A stretch of DNA of 32,000 bases, from the NCBI RefSeq assembly GCF_001457615.1, contig NZ_LN831024.1, positions 3,660,001 to 3,692,000 of the forward strand, read 5' to 3'. Of the stretch, positions 8,856-19,598 are shown piece by piece. The notes under the pieces were generated by a model. The model was not told where the DNA came from and made no database searches. It saw only the letters and a list, made by a program, of their open reading frames with translations. The DNA is from Pseudomonas aeruginosa. GTDB taxonomy: Bacteria; Pseudomonadota; Gammaproteobacteria; Pseudomonadales; Pseudomonadaceae. Every line of letters starts with the position of its first letter. The first letter of the stretch is position 1. The position numbers and the translations under genes are program-made.

Positions 8856-9901
8856 GCGCCGAGAAGACCGAGCAGCCCACGGCGAAGAAGCTGCGCGACG
8901 CCCGCCGGCAAGGCCAGGTGGTGAAGAGCAAGGAAATTGTCTCCAGCGCGTTGATCCTGTCGCTGGTGGCGCTGCTGATGGGCTTTTCCGACTACTACCT
9001 GGAGCATCTCGGCAAGCTGCTCCTGCTGCCCGCCGAGTACATCGACCTGCCGTTTCGCCAGGCGCTGGAGACCATCCTGGAGAACCTTCTCCAGGAGCTC
9101 CTCTACCTGCTGGCGCCGGTCCTGCTGGTCGCGGCGCTGGTGGTGGTGCTCAGCCATGTCGGCCAGTACGGTTTCCTGCTCAGCCTCGACAGCGTCAAAC
9201 CGGACCTGAAGAAGATCAACCCGGTGGAGGGCGCGAAGAAGATCTTCTCGATCCGGAGCCTGGTGGAGTTCCTCAAGTCGACCCTGAAGGTCGCCCTGCT
9301 CTCCCTGCTGGTCTGGCTGACCTTGCAGGGCAACCTGGCCAGCCTCCTGCGGATTCCCGCCTGCGGGCTGGACTGCGTGGCACCGGTGAGCGGGCTGATG
9401 CTCAGGCAACTGATGCTGGTCTGCGCGGTCGGCTTCCTGGCGATTGCCGTCGCCGACTACGCCTTCGAACGCCACCAGCACTACAAGCAGTTGCGCATGA
9501 GCAAGGACGAAGTGAAGCGCGAGTACAAGGAGATGGAGGGCAGTCCGGAGATCAAGAGCAAGCGCCGGCAATTCCATCAGGAACTGCAATCGAGCAACCT
9601 GCGCGCGGATGTCCGGCGCTCCTCGGTGATCGTCGCCAACCCGACCCACGTCGCCATCGGCATACGCTATCGACGCGGCGAAACGCCCCTGCCGCTGGTC
9701 ACCCTGAAGCACACCGACGCCCTGGCCCTGAGGGTCCGGCGCATCGCCGAGGAAGAAGGAATCCCGGTGCTGCAACGAATTCCGCTGGCACGGGCGCTGC
9801 TGCGCGACGGCAATGTCGACCAGTACATACCGGCGGACCTGATCCAGGCCACCGCCGAAGTCCTGCGCTGGCTGGAAAGCCAGCAGACGGATACGCCCTG
9901 A
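8852..9901 (+). CDS. pscU: T3SS autoprotease/switch protein PscU (SctU), 349 aa
   Basis: MSAEKTEQPTAKKLRDARRQGQVVKSKEIVSSAL...; intact NPTH autocleavage motif encoded at 9638-9649 (Asn263). Confidence 0.97.
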   Translation: MSAEKTEQPTAKKLRDARRQGQVVKSKEIVSSALILSLVALLMGFSDYYLEHLGKLLLLPAEYIDLPFRQALETILENLLQELLYLLAPVLLVAALVVVLSHVGQYGFLLSLDSVKPDLKKINPVEGAKKIFSIRSLVEFLKSTLKVALLSLLVWLTLQGNLASLLRIPACGLDCVAPVSGLMLRQLMLVCAVGFLAIAVADYAFERHQHYKQLRMSKDEVKREYKEMEGSPEIKSKRRQFHQELQSSNLRADVRRSSVIVANPTHVAIGIRYRRGETPLPLVTLKHTDALALRVRRIAEEEGIPVLQRIPLARALLRDGNVDQYIPADLIQATAEVLRWLESQQTDTP

Positions 9902-9963
9902 TCGCTATCGGGCAGGGCGGCCGCCTCGGCACCGGCGACGAAAGACGCTGCGACCTGGCGCCG

Positions 9964-9989
9964 AAAAAAAGGGACCCGAAGGCCCCTTT
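9964..9989 (-). terminator. Rho-independent terminator for the 700-aa minus-strand gene
   Basis: Minus strand AAAGGGGCC-TTCG-GGTCCCTTT followed by further T's (one mismatch in a 9-bp stem, T-rich tail). Confidence 0.85.
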
Positions 9990-10006
9990 CACATGCTTGC
10001 TACGGG

Positions 10007-12109
10007 TCAGTCCTTGTCCGGGATCCCGTGTACCACGCCCGCGGTATTCTCCAGCAGGCTCTTGGTCGCGGTCTGGATGAACGACTCCAGCTTCTTCTGC
10101 AGCTCGGCCTGGTCCGGCACGTCCTTGGTGATCACCGCCTTGGCATCGCCGCCCAGTTGATAATCGTAGACGCGCACGTCACCGTCCTTCGGCCGCACCA
10201 GGATGCGGTTGCCGGAGACGATGGCGACGTTCTGCTCGCTGCCCGACGGCTTGATCACGCCGAAGCCCTTGTCGCCTTCCGGCAGGTTCAGCAGGTCGCG
10301 GCCCCAGCACTGGTGGACGGTCTCGCCGCCGAGCAGGCCCATGATGGTCGGCACGATGTCGACCTGGGTACCGACGGTCGGCAGGTGGGTACCGAACTTC
10401 TCCTGGATGCCGGGGGCGATCAGCAGCAGCGGCACGTTGAAGCGGTGCAGGTCCATCTCGGTGAGCTGCTCGGGGCTGCCGAAGCCATGGTCGCCGACCA
10501 CCACGAAAAGGGTGTCCTTGTAGTACGGCGACTTCTTCGCCTTCTCGAAGAACTGGCCCAGCGCCCAGTCGGAATAGCGCATGGCGGTCAGGTGCTCGTC
10601 GAGCGAACCGTAGCCGGTCACGCGCTCCACCGGCAGGTCCTTCGGCAACGCATAGGGCACGTGGTTGGAGAGGCTCTGCAACAGCGCATAGAACGGCTTG
10701 CCGGTGCTCGCCAGCTTGTCCAGTTCCTCGTTGCCACGGGCGAACATGTCCTGGTCGGAGACGCCCCAGGTCGGATCGGAGAACACCGGGTCGACATAGT
10801 CGTTGCGGCCGATGAAGGTGGTCATGCCCTGGTTGCTGAAGAAGCCGGACTGGTTGTCCCAGGCGAAATCGCCGTTGTAGACGTAGACGTCCTCGTACTG
10901 GCGGGCGCTGAGCAACTGCGGCAGGCCGGAGAACTTGTGGCCGCCCTCCGGGGTTTGCATCAGGTATTCGAAGCCCGGCAGGTTGGGGAAGCAGGCCATG
11001 GTGGCGAACATGCCCTGGTGGGTATGGGTGCCGTTGGAGAAGAACTGGGTGAACAGCAGGCCTTCCTTCGACAGCTTGTCGAAATACGGCGTGATGTTGC
11101 CCGGCGCGCCCAGGGCGCCGACATAGTGGCCGGCGAAGCTTTCCAGCAGGACCACCACCACGTTGCGGATCGGCAGGGTATTCGCCGCCGGCGGGGTGAA
11201 CTCGCGGCGCACCGCGGCCTCATCGGCGTCCACCAGCTTGTCGTTGGGGGTCAGCAACATCTGCCGGGTGGTCTCCAGGGCGACCTTGTCGTCCAGGGTG
11301 GCCTTCCAGATGTTCGCGCGGTCTTCGGAGAAGCGCTCCTTGGCCGCCTTGACCAGGGTCAGGGTGCCGTTCAGGCCCAACTGGTTGGCGAACATGGACT
11401 CGGTGGTGAAGGCATCGCCCCAGCGCAGCGGCGGGCCCTGGCGCAGGGTGCCGCGGGCGGCGAGGACGCAGACCAGCACGCAGAGGAACAGCACCACGCC
11501 GCGCACGTACCAGGGCGCGGCAGCGCTCGGCCGGGCGATCACGCTGTCTTCGCGCGGCTTGCGCTGGCTCGGGCGGGTCGCCAGGTCGATGGCCTTGAAC
11601 ACCCGGTACAGCACCCAGGTGGCGAAGGCCCAGGCCAGCAGGTAGCGGACCACCGGGAAGCCGTACCAGAGCATGCTCATGACGGTCTTCGGGTCTTCCG
11701 ACATGTACTGGAAGACCAGGCTGTTCAGGCGCTGGTGGAACTCGCGGTAGAAGTCCAGTTCGAGTACGCCGAGGAACAGGGTGATGCTGGCGAACAGCGT
11801 CAACCATGTACGGAACAGGCCGCGAGCGGCCATCGCGCGTACCGCGAACAACGACAGCACCAGCGGCGCCACGGCATAGACGACGACCCGCAGGTCGAAA
11901 CGCACGCCGTTGCCGAACGCCTCGAGGAAGGTACTCGCCGGGGTCGCGCCGATCAGTTCGCGGTTGTAGATCAGCAAGGCCAGGCGCAGCAGGCTGAACA
12001 TGACCAGCAGCACCAGCGCGCTGAGCGCGGTGAACGCCAGGTGGCTGCGGATGGTGGGCTGGAACAGCCGTGGGGGCGATTGGGTGGTTCGGACTTCCGT
12101 TTGGTCCAT
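10007..12109 (-). CDS. Membrane-anchored LtaS/OpgB-like sulfatase-superfamily phosphotransferase, 700 aa (PA1689-like)
   Basis: ATG complement at 12107-12109 gives MDQTEVRTTQSPPRLFQPTIRSHLAFTALSALVLLVMFSLL; several N-terminal TM segments; VVVLLESFAG, FSNGTHTHQGMFATMACFPN and VVGDHGFG motifs. The supplied track labels this ORF '+', but the sequence shows it is '-'. Confidence 0.9.
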   Translation of the reverse strand: MDQTEVRTTQSPPRLFQPTIRSHLAFTALSALVLLVMFSLLRLALLIYNRELIGATPASTFLEAFGNGVRFDLRVVVYAVAPLVLSLFAVRAMAARGLFRTWLTLFASITLFLGVLELDFYREFHQRLNSLVFQYMSEDPKTVMSMLWYGFPVVRYLLAWAFATWVLYRVFKAIDLATRPSQRKPREDSVIARPSAAAPWYVRGVVLFLCVLVCVLAARGTLRQGPPLRWGDAFTTESMFANQLGLNGTLTLVKAAKERFSEDRANIWKATLDDKVALETTRQMLLTPNDKLVDADEAAVRREFTPPAANTLPIRNVVVVLLESFAGHYVGALGAPGNITPYFDKLSKEGLLFTQFFSNGTHTHQGMFATMACFPNLPGFEYLMQTPEGGHKFSGLPQLLSARQYEDVYVYNGDFAWDNQSGFFSNQGMTTFIGRNDYVDPVFSDPTWGVSDQDMFARGNEELDKLASTGKPFYALLQSLSNHVPYALPKDLPVERVTGYGSLDEHLTAMRYSDWALGQFFEKAKKSPYYKDTLFVVVGDHGFGSPEQLTEMDLHRFNVPLLLIAPGIQEKFGTHLPTVGTQVDIVPTIMGLLGGETVHQCWGRDLLNLPEGDKGFGVIKPSGSEQNVAIVSGNRILVRPKDGDVRVYDYQLGGDAKAVITKDVPDQAELQKKLESFIQTATKSLLENTAGVVHGIPDKD

Positions 12110-12111
12110 GT

Positions 12112-12990
12112 TTACAATTCGCTCTTCTGTCGTTCGATTTCGAGAATGCGGTCCCGCCCCTGCTCGGCCAGCAGGTAGCGGCCGGGCCCGATGGGCAGTA
12201 GGGACTGTGCGGAACGCAGGCGCCGTACGATCACCTGCAGCGGCCCGTCGGGCGGCAGCAGCAAGGCTCGCGCGTTATGCGTCGAGTCCTCGGTGATCCA
12301 CAGGCCTTCGCTGTCGCACAGCAAAAAGCTCGGTGCATTCAGTCCGTTCAGCACCACCTCGTCCTCGGCCCCCTCATGCAGACGCATGACGTGGCCACGT
12401 TTCTTTTCCGTGTAGAAGACGCTTCCGTCCGGGCAGGCGGCCACCCCTTCGGAGCGCTGCAATCCCTCGCGCAGTACCGTCAGTCCGCCGGTCTCCGGGT
12501 CGTAGCGGAGAATCCGCCCGTCCAGGTCGCGATCCTCGGCGGCGTACAGGTAGCGGCCGTCGCTGGCGACGCCCTCCACCTGGATGCCGTCGAACAGCGG
12601 CCGGGCCTGCTGGGCATGCCACCAGAACACCGGCGAGGCGCCCTGCTCCTGGCTGATCGCGATGCCGTCGCGGAAGCTGGCCATGCCGTCGGGCTTGGAC
12701 AGCCCGTCGAGCACCGTATCGCGGCTGCCATCGGCGGCGATGCGGAACACCAGGCCCTTGCCGTCCTGCAACTCCTGGCTCACGTAGAGCAGGCCGTCCG
12801 GGTCGCGGGCCAGGGCGCTGACGTGGGGAATGTCCTCGAGCACTACCCGGTAGGTCCAGCCGGATACGGTGGCTGCCGGGGCGAAACGCTGCCAGCCGAG
12901 GAAGGCCAGGGCGATGAAGAGGACGCTACCGAGCAGGCAGGAGACTACTACGCCGCTCTGGCGCAATCGTTTGGTCAGCATTCGATGCAC
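12112..12990 (-). CDS. Membrane-anchored SMP-30/strictosidine-synthase-like beta-propeller protein, 292 aa from GTG or 289 aa from ATG at 12981
   Basis: N-terminal TM SGVVVSCLLGSVLFIALAFLGW, repeated propeller-like YDPETGGLTVLREG / GVACPDGSVFYTEKKRGHVMRL / LWITEDSTHNARALLL. Confidence 0.75.
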   Translation of the reverse strand: MHRMLTKRLRQSGVVVSCLLGSVLFIALAFLGWQRFAPAATVSGWTYRVVLEDIPHVSALARDPDGLLYVSQELQDGKGLVFRIAADGSRDTVLDGLSKPDGMASFRDGIAISQEQGASPVFWWHAQQARPLFDGIQVEGVASDGRYLYAAEDRDLDGRILRYDPETGGLTVLREGLQRSEGVAACPDGSVFYTEKKRGHVMRLHEGAEDEVVLNGLNAPSFLLCDSEGLWITEDSTHNARALLLPPDGPLQVIVRRLRSAQSLLPIGPGRYLLAEQGRDRILEIERQKSEL

Positions 12991-13109
12991 TCAAGGACAA
13001 AACTGCCATTTATAGCCATGGCAACGGAAAAAAGCGCGCAGATTTTCCCGGATCGATTGTGAAAAAAATGTTAGCTGGCAGTAACAGGGGATGTCGGAGC
13101 GACGCATGA

Positions 13110-13129
13110 AAAAGGGCCTTGCGGCCCTT
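13110..13129 (-). terminator. Rho-independent terminator downstream of speE
   Basis: Minus strand AAGGGCC-GCAA-GGCCCTT followed by TTTC. Confidence 0.78.
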
Positions 13130-13141
13130 CTTGGTGAAGCG

Positions 13142-14002
<861 letters not shown>

Positions 14003-14150
14003 GGGCCGGGATCTCCCTGGTAAGGCTGCAATCTGGCAGCGGGACTTGCCCGCGCCGCGAAGAAAGGCGCGCATTCTACGCTGGCGGCAATGACAGGTCG
14101 AACCCCGCCGGCGGATGGCGCCGGCTGCGCCGGACAGGTATCGTCTGCCC

Positions 14151-15044
14151 ATGAGCCAGCCTACCTCTCCCCTCGTCCTGCACCTGCCCTACCAGTCACC
14201 CTGGGAATGGCGCCAGTTCCACCAGCATTTCGCCCTGCGCCTGCTCGCCGGTGTCGAAAGCCTGGGTGACGACCACTATGCCCGCAGCTTCCGGGCCAAC
14301 GGTCGCCCGGCCTGGTTCGAGGTGCGACCGCTGGCGGAACGCCAGGTCCTGGCGCTGAGCCTCAGCCCGTCCGCCCATGCCCTGGCCGCCGAACTCGAGG
14401 CACGGGTCCGCCGGATGTTCGACCTGGACAGCGACCCGGCCGCCATCGCCCGGCATTTCGCCGGGGATCCCCTGCTCGGCCCGCTGGTGGCCGCCAATCC
14501 GGGACTGCGCCTGCCGGTGGCCTTCGATCCCTTCGAACAGGCGGTGCGCGCCATCGTCGGCCAGCAGGTCACGGTGAAGGCCGCGGTGACCATCACCGGG
14601 CGCCTGATCCAGCGCCTCGGCGAGCCGCTGGAAGATCTCGGCTACGACGGCATCAGCCACCTGTTCCCGACGCCCGCCGCGCTGGCGCAAGCCAACCTCG
14701 ACGGCATCGGCATGCCCGGCAAGCGGGTACAGACGCTGCAACGCTTCGCCGCGGCGATCGCCTCGGGAGAGCTGAGCCTGGACCTGGCGGACGGCCCCGA
14801 GGCCCTGGTGGAGCGCCTCTGCGCGTTGCCCGGCATCGGCCCCTGGACCGCCGAATACATAGCCCTGCGTGCCATGGGCGAAGCCGACGCCTTCCCCGCC
14901 GCCGACCTCGGCCTGCTGAAATCCACGGTCTGGGGGCCGCAAGGCATCGATGCGCGCAGCCTGAAGGCCCGCGCCGAGGCCTGGCGGCCTTGGCGCGCCT
15001 ACGCCGCGATCCACCTGTGGCACCACTACGCCGCAGGCGGCTAA
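14151..15044 (+). CDS. alkA: DNA-3-methyladenine glycosylase II, 297 aa
   Basis: Start [30 protein letters not shown]; HhH-GPD region [16 protein letters not shown]...[35 protein letters not shown]. Confidence 0.94.
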   Translation: MSQPTSPLVLHLPYQSPWEWRQFHQHFALRLLAGVESLGDDHYARSFRANGRPAWFEVRPLAERQVLALSLSPSAHALAAELEARVRRMFDLDSDPAAIARHFAGDPLLGPLVAANPGLRLPVAFDPFEQAVRAIVGQQVTVKAAVTITGRLIQRLGEPLEDLGYDGISHLFPTPAALAQANLDGIGMPGKRVQTLQRFAAAIASGELSLDLADGPEALVERLCALPGIGPWTAEYIALRAMGEADAFPAADLGLLKSTVWGPQGIDARSLKARAEAWRPWRAYAAIHLWHHYAAGG

Positions 15045-15059
15045 CGCCGCGGCGGGAGG

Positions 15060-15251
15060 CTACAGCCTGACGTTGCCGCGCGGGCCGGCGATGGCCCAGA
15101 TGATCAGGCCGAGCACCGGCAGGACGATGATCACCAGGACCCAGATGATCTTCATCCCGGTTTCCGCAGCGCTTTTCAGGATGTTGACGATGGCCCAGAT
15201 ATCCAGGGCCAGGATGACCAGGCTGATCAGCCCGCTGAGGGTGGAACCCAT
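15060..15251 (-). CDS. Small two-TM PLDc_N-like membrane protein, 63 aa
   Basis: MGSTLSGLISLVILALDIWAIVNILKSAAETGMKIIWVLVIIVLPVLGLIIWAIAGPRGNVRL. Confidence 0.75.
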   Translation of the reverse strand: MGSTLSGLISLVILALDIWAIVNILKSAAETGMKIIWVLVIIVLPVLGLIIWAIAGPRGNVRL

Positions 15252-15299
15252 GGCGCGATGCTCCCGAGCAAGAGTGTTCCCTCAGGATAGCCGGCGCGT

Positions 15300-15977
15300 T
15301 CACTCCACGAGGATGTCGGCGAAGCTGGCCACCGTCGGATGGCCGTCCAGGCTGCCGCCTTCGCGGGCCAGGCCGAGCGTGCGCATGCCCGCGTCGCGCG
15401 CGGCATCCAGTTCCTGCACCACGTCGGAAAGGAAAAGGATTTCCGCGGCCGGCAGGCCGATGGCCCCGGCGATCCGCGCATAGGAGGCGCTTTCCCGCTT
15501 CGGCCCGCTGGTAGTGTCGAAGTAGCCGGAAAACAGCGAGCCCAGGTCGCCGGCCTCGGAACAGCCGAAGATCAGCTTCTGCGCCTGGATCGAGCCGGAG
15601 GAATAGACGTACAGGTCCAGCCCACGGGCCTTCCACTCGCGCAGCGCCTGCACCGCGTCCGGGTAGACGTGGCCTTTCAACTGACCGTCGCGGTAGCCCT
15701 GGGCCCAGACCATGCCTTGCAGGGCCTTCAGCGGCGTCGCCTTGCGGTCCTCGGCGATCCATTGCAGGAGGATCGCGATCACCCGCTCGACATCGGCGTC
15801 CGCCTCACCGCTCTCGGCACGCACCGCCGCCAACTGTGCGGCTACCTCGGTCTCTCCGGCGTGTTCGCGGACGAAGTCCGGCAGGTGCCGGGCGGCATAG
15901 GGAAACAGCACGTCGAAAACGAAGCTGACCGCGCTGGTGGTGCCTTCGATGTCGGTGAGAATGGCTTTGATGGTCAT
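15300..15977 (-). CDS. mtnC: Enolase-phosphatase (HAD family), methionine salvage, 225 aa
   Basis: [39 protein letters not shown]...[16 protein letters not shown]; adjacent to mtnD and mtnB. Confidence 0.95.
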   Translation of the reverse strand: MTIKAILTDIEGTTSAVSFVFDVLFPYAARHLPDFVREHAGETEVAAQLAAVRAESGEADADVERVIAILLQWIAEDRKATPLKALQGMVWAQGYRDGQLKGHVYPDAVQALREWKARGLDLYVYSSGSIQAQKLIFGCSEAGDLGSLFSGYFDTTSGPKRESASYARIAGAIGLPAAEILFLSDVVQELDAARDAGMRTLGLAREGGSLDGHPTVASFADILVE

Positions 15978-15995
15978 GCGGACTCCGGATGAAAC

Positions 15996-16018
15996 CGCCC
16001 CCGGCAGGACCGGGGGCG
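15996..16018. repeat. Perfect 9-bp G/C stem-loop between mtnC and mtnD
   Basis: CGCCCCCGG-CAGGA-CCGGGGGCG; no T-tract on either side. Confidence 0.85.
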
Positions 16019-16048
16019 CGGATGGTGACGGATGGGACGGTGCCTCGC

Positions 16049-16594
16049 TCAGTCTTCCAGCAGGGGGAAGCGGCTGGCGATGTCGTCGCCGGTGAACTGG
16101 GCGACCCAGCCCTCCGGGTTGTTGAACAGGCGCACGGCGACGAAATGCGGGTGCTCGCCCATGTCGAACCAGTGGCGGGTGCCGGCCGGCACCGAGATCA
16201 GGTCGTTGCGCTCGCAGAGCACGGCGTAGACATGCTCCTCGATATGCAGGACGAACAGGCCGCGCCCGGCGACGAAGAAGCGCACCTCGTCTTCGCCATG
16301 GCGGTGCTCGTCGAGGAACTTGGCGCGCAATTCGGCCTTCTGCGGGTGGTCGCTGTTCAGGCTGACCACGTCCACGGTGATGTAGCCGCGCTCGCGCTTG
16401 AGCCGCTCGATCTCGTGGGCGTAGGCGGCGATCACCTCGTCCTGGCTGGCGCCGGCGGCGATCGGCGCGGCGGCTTCCCAGCGTTCGAAACGGACGCCGA
16501 CCTCGGCCAGGGTCGAAGCGATGTCCTCGGCATGGGTCAGCAGCTTCAGCGGCTGCTCCGGCTGGTTCTCGTGATAGACGGTAAGGCTGCTCAT
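16049..16594 (-). CDS. mtnD: Acireductone dioxygenase, 181 aa
   Basis: [39 protein letters not shown]...[26 protein letters not shown] cupin. Confidence 0.96.
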   Translation of the reverse strand: MSSLTVYHENQPEQPLKLLTHAEDIASTLAEVGVRFERWEAAAPIAAGASQDEVIAAYAHEIERLKRERGYITVDVVSLNSDHPQKAELRAKFLDEHRHGEDEVRFFVAGRGLFVLHIEEHVYAVLCERNDLISVPAGTRHWFDMGEHPHFVAVRLFNNPEGWVAQFTGDDIASRFPLLED

Positions 16595-17208
16595 CGGCTC
16601 AGACTCAGTACTTTCAGTTCACACTCGAACAGAAACTCGAAAGCTTCCACCTGACGCAGGGCATCGCTCATGCGCGCGCCCCAAGTGTACAGCCCGTGGC
16701 CGCGGATCAAATACCCCGGGCAGTGCGGATGCGCCTCCAGCCAGGGCTGCACGCGGCTGGCCAGGCGGGCGATGTCCTGGTCGTTGTCGAAGATCGGCAC
16801 CTCGACCTGGCCTTCGTGGGTGGTGACCCCGGCGAAGGCCTTCTGCAGTTCGTAGTCCTGCAGCACCAGGCGGTCGCCGCGGACCAGGCGGGAAAGCACG
16901 GTGGCATTCACCGAGTGGGTATGCAGCACCGCGCCGATCGCCGGGTTCCAGGCATACAGCTGGGTGTGCAGGAGGGTCTCCGCCGAGGGTTTCTTGCCCG
17001 GTTCCAGGCTGTTGCCGGCCAGGTCGGTGGCCAGCACGTCGTCGAAGCCCAACTGGCCCTTGTGCTTGCCCGAGACGGTGAGCAGCGCGCGCTGTTCGTC
17101 CAGGCGCGCGGAGTAGTTGCTGCTGGTTGCCGGCGACCAGCCGCGGCCGTAGAGGAACCGGCCGGCGTCGATGATCTGCTGGGTCAGCTGTTCACGGTTG
17201 TCGTTCAT
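16591..17208 (-). CDS. mtnB: Methylthioribulose-1-phosphate dehydratase, 205 aa
   Basis: Class II aldolase-fold [66 protein letters not shown]...[15 protein letters not shown]. Confidence 0.96.
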   Translation of the reverse strand: MNDNREQLTQQIIDAGRFLYGRGWSPATSSNYSARLDEQRALLTVSGKHKGQLGFDDVLATDLAGNSLEPGKKPSAETLLHTQLYAWNPAIGAVLHTHSVNATVLSRLVRGDRLVLQDYELQKAFAGVTTHEGQVEVPIFDNDQDIARLASRVQPWLEAHPHCPGYLIRGHGLYTWGARMSDALRQVEAFEFLFECELKVLSLSR

Positions 17209-18356
17209 GCCCGCACCTCTTGCAAACGGGTACTGATGATAGCGGCTGCCAGCAAGGCTGCCAGGCTGGCGATGGCGAAGGTCCAGGCAGGGCCCAGGCT
17301 GTTCCAGCTATAGCCGGAATACAGCGCGCCCAGGGCTCCACCGGTACCGGCCAGCGCAGCATACAGGGCCTGGCCCTGGCCCTGCTGGCGCGGGCCGAAG
17401 CTACGTTGCACGAAATGGATGGCAGCCGCATGAAAACTGCCGAAGGTGGCGGCATGCAGCGTCTGGGCAAAGACCAGCAGCGCCAGGCTGTCGGCCAGGT
17501 TGCCGAGAAGCAGCCAGCGCAGCGACGCCAGCAGGAAGCTCGCGGCCAGCACCTGGCGCAGGCTGAAGCGTTGCAGCAGGCGTGGCATGGCGAGGAACAA
17601 CATGACCTCGGCGACCACCCCCAGCGCCCAGAGCAGACCGATCAGCGCCCGGCTGTAGCCCAGCGATTCCAGGTGCAGGGTCAGGAAGGTGTAGTACGGC
17701 CCATGGGACAGCTGCATCAGGCACACGCACAGGTAGAACGCCAGCACGCCCGGCTGGCGCAACTGGGCGAGGAAGCCGCCCTCGCCTTCGCGCGGTTCGC
17801 GATGGGCCGGCTGGGCATTGGGCACCCACCAGCTGCACAGCACGATGCCGAGCATGATACCCAGCAGCGTCGCCGGGTAGACATCCAGGCTCAGGCGCTC
17901 GAACAGCGCGCCGAGACCGACCACGGTGCAGATGAAACCGATCGAGCCCCACAGGCGAATCCGGCTGTAGCTGGCGCTGCGCTCGCGCAGGTGGGCCAGG
18001 GTGATGACCTCGAACTGCGGCAGCACGGCGTGCCAGAAGAACGCGTGCAACGCCATCACCAAGGCCAGCCAGGCGTAGCTGTGGCTGACGAAGATCAGCG
18101 AGAAGCCCAGCGCCGTGCATACCGCGCCGAAGCGCACGATGGCCAGGCGCTGGCCGCTGCGGTCGCCCAGCCAGCCCCACAGGTTGGGCGCGACGCAACG
18201 CATCAGCATGGGAATCGCCACCAGCTCGCCGATGCGCGGGCTGGGGAAGCCCAGGTGATGGAAATACAGGGCGAGGAACGGCGCCGTGGCGCCGAGCAGG
18301 CTGAAATAGAAGAAATAGAAGCTGGACAGGCGCCAGTAGGGAACCGCGCTGGTCAC
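17205..18356 (-). CDS. MFS transporter (HcaT/MFS_1-like), about 383 aa with GTG start
   Basis: VTSAVPYWRLSSFYFFYFSLLGATAPFLALYFHHLGFPSPRIGELVAIPMLMRCVAPNLWGWLGDRSGQRLAIVRFG; twelve-TM pattern. Stop overlaps mtnB start. Confidence 0.9.
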   Translation of the reverse strand: MTSAVPYWRLSSFYFFYFSLLGATAPFLALYFHHLGFPSPRIGELVAIPMLMRCVAPNLWGWLGDRSGQRLAIVRFGAVCTALGFSLIFVSHSYAWLALVMALHAFFWHAVLPQFEVITLAHLRERSASYSRIRLWGSIGFICTVVGLGALFERLSLDVYPATLLGIMLGIVLCSWWVPNAQPAHREPREGEGGFLAQLRQPGVLAFYLCVCLMQLSHGPYYTFLTLHLESLGYSRALIGLLWALGVVAEVMLFLAMPRLLQRFSLRQVLAASFLLASLRWLLLGNLADSLALLVFAQTLHAATFGSFHAAAIHFVQRSFGPRQQGQGQALYAALAGTGGALGALYSGYSWNSLGPAWTFAIASLAALLAAAIISTRLQEVRA

Positions 18357-18399
18357 GATCCGCCGTTCACCCGTCCCGCATCGCTGCCTGCCACAGCCC

Positions 18400-19491
18400 T
18401 CACAGCTGCGGCAGGACCGGCGTGTCGACGCGCACGTCGGCGTTCTGCCCACGCTGGCGCAGCAACTGGTCGAGCAGGACGATGGCCATCATCGCCTCGG
18501 CGATCGGCGTGGCGCGGATGCCGACGCACGGGTCGTGACGGCCCTTGGTGATCATGTCCACCGGCTCGCCGGCGGTATCGATCGAGCGCCCGGGAGTGGT
18601 GATGCTGGAGGTCGGCTTCAGCGCCAGGTGGGCGACGATCGGCTGGCCGGAGGAGATCCCGCCGAGGATGCCGCCGGCATTGTTCGACAGGAAGCCTTGC
18701 GGGGTCAGTTCGTCGCGGTGCTCGGTGCCGCGCTGGGCGATGCTGGCGAAGCCGGCGCCGATCTCCACGCCCTTCACCGCGTTGATGCTCATCAGCGCAT
18801 GCGCCAGTTCGGCGTCCAGGCGGTCGAAGATCGGCTCGCCCAGGCCCGGCGGCACGCCTTCGGCAACCACGGTGATCTTCGCCCCGACCGAATCCTGGTC
18901 GCGGCGCAATTGGTCCATGTAGGCCTCCAGCTCCGGCACCTTGTCCGGGTCGGGGCTGAAGAAGGCATTCTGCTCGACGCTGTCCCAGCTCCTGAACGGA
19001 ATCTCGATCGGCCCGAGCTGGCTCATGTAGCCGCGCACCTGGATGCCCAGGCCCGCCAGGTATTTCTTGGCGATAGCCCCGGCGGCCACACGCATGGCGG
19101 TCTCGCGCGCCGAGGAACGGCCGCCGCCGCGGTAGTCGCGCACGCCGTACTTGTGGTGGTAGGTGTAGTCGGCATGGGCCGGGCGGAACAGGTCCTTGAT
19201 CGCCGAGTAGTCCTTGGACTTCTGGTCGGTGTTGCGGATCAGCAGGCCGATCGGCGTGCCGGTGGTCTTGCCCTCGAACACCCCGGAAAGAATCTCCACC
19301 TCGTCGGCTTCCTGGCGCTGGGTGGTGTGCCGGCTGGTGCCGGGCTTGCGCCGGTCGAGGTCGCGTTGCAGGTCCCGGGCGGACAGTTCCAGCCCCGGGG
19401 GGCACCCATCGACGATGGCGACCAGCGCCGGGCCGTGGCTTTCGCCTGCGGTGGTGACGGTGAAGAGCTTGCCGTAGGTGTTGCCGGACAT
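18400..19491 (-). CDS. aroC: Chorismate synthase, 363 aa
   Basis: [85 protein letters not shown]. Confidence 0.98.
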
Positions 19492-19598
19492 GCGAGGCTC
19501 CGCGTGAGGACGAGAGGGAAAGACATCGGAGTATACCCGTCAAGGACGGGCCTGCGAACCTTCCCCGGAGGACGCGATCAAAGCGCTATCATCGGCCC

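Noticed and set aside
10028-12178. 716-aa plus-strand ORF
   Set aside because: Antisense shadow of the minus-strand sulfatase-fold gene; rich in Q/H/E/D and lacks domain motifs, while the opposite strand has TM segments and catalytic motifs.
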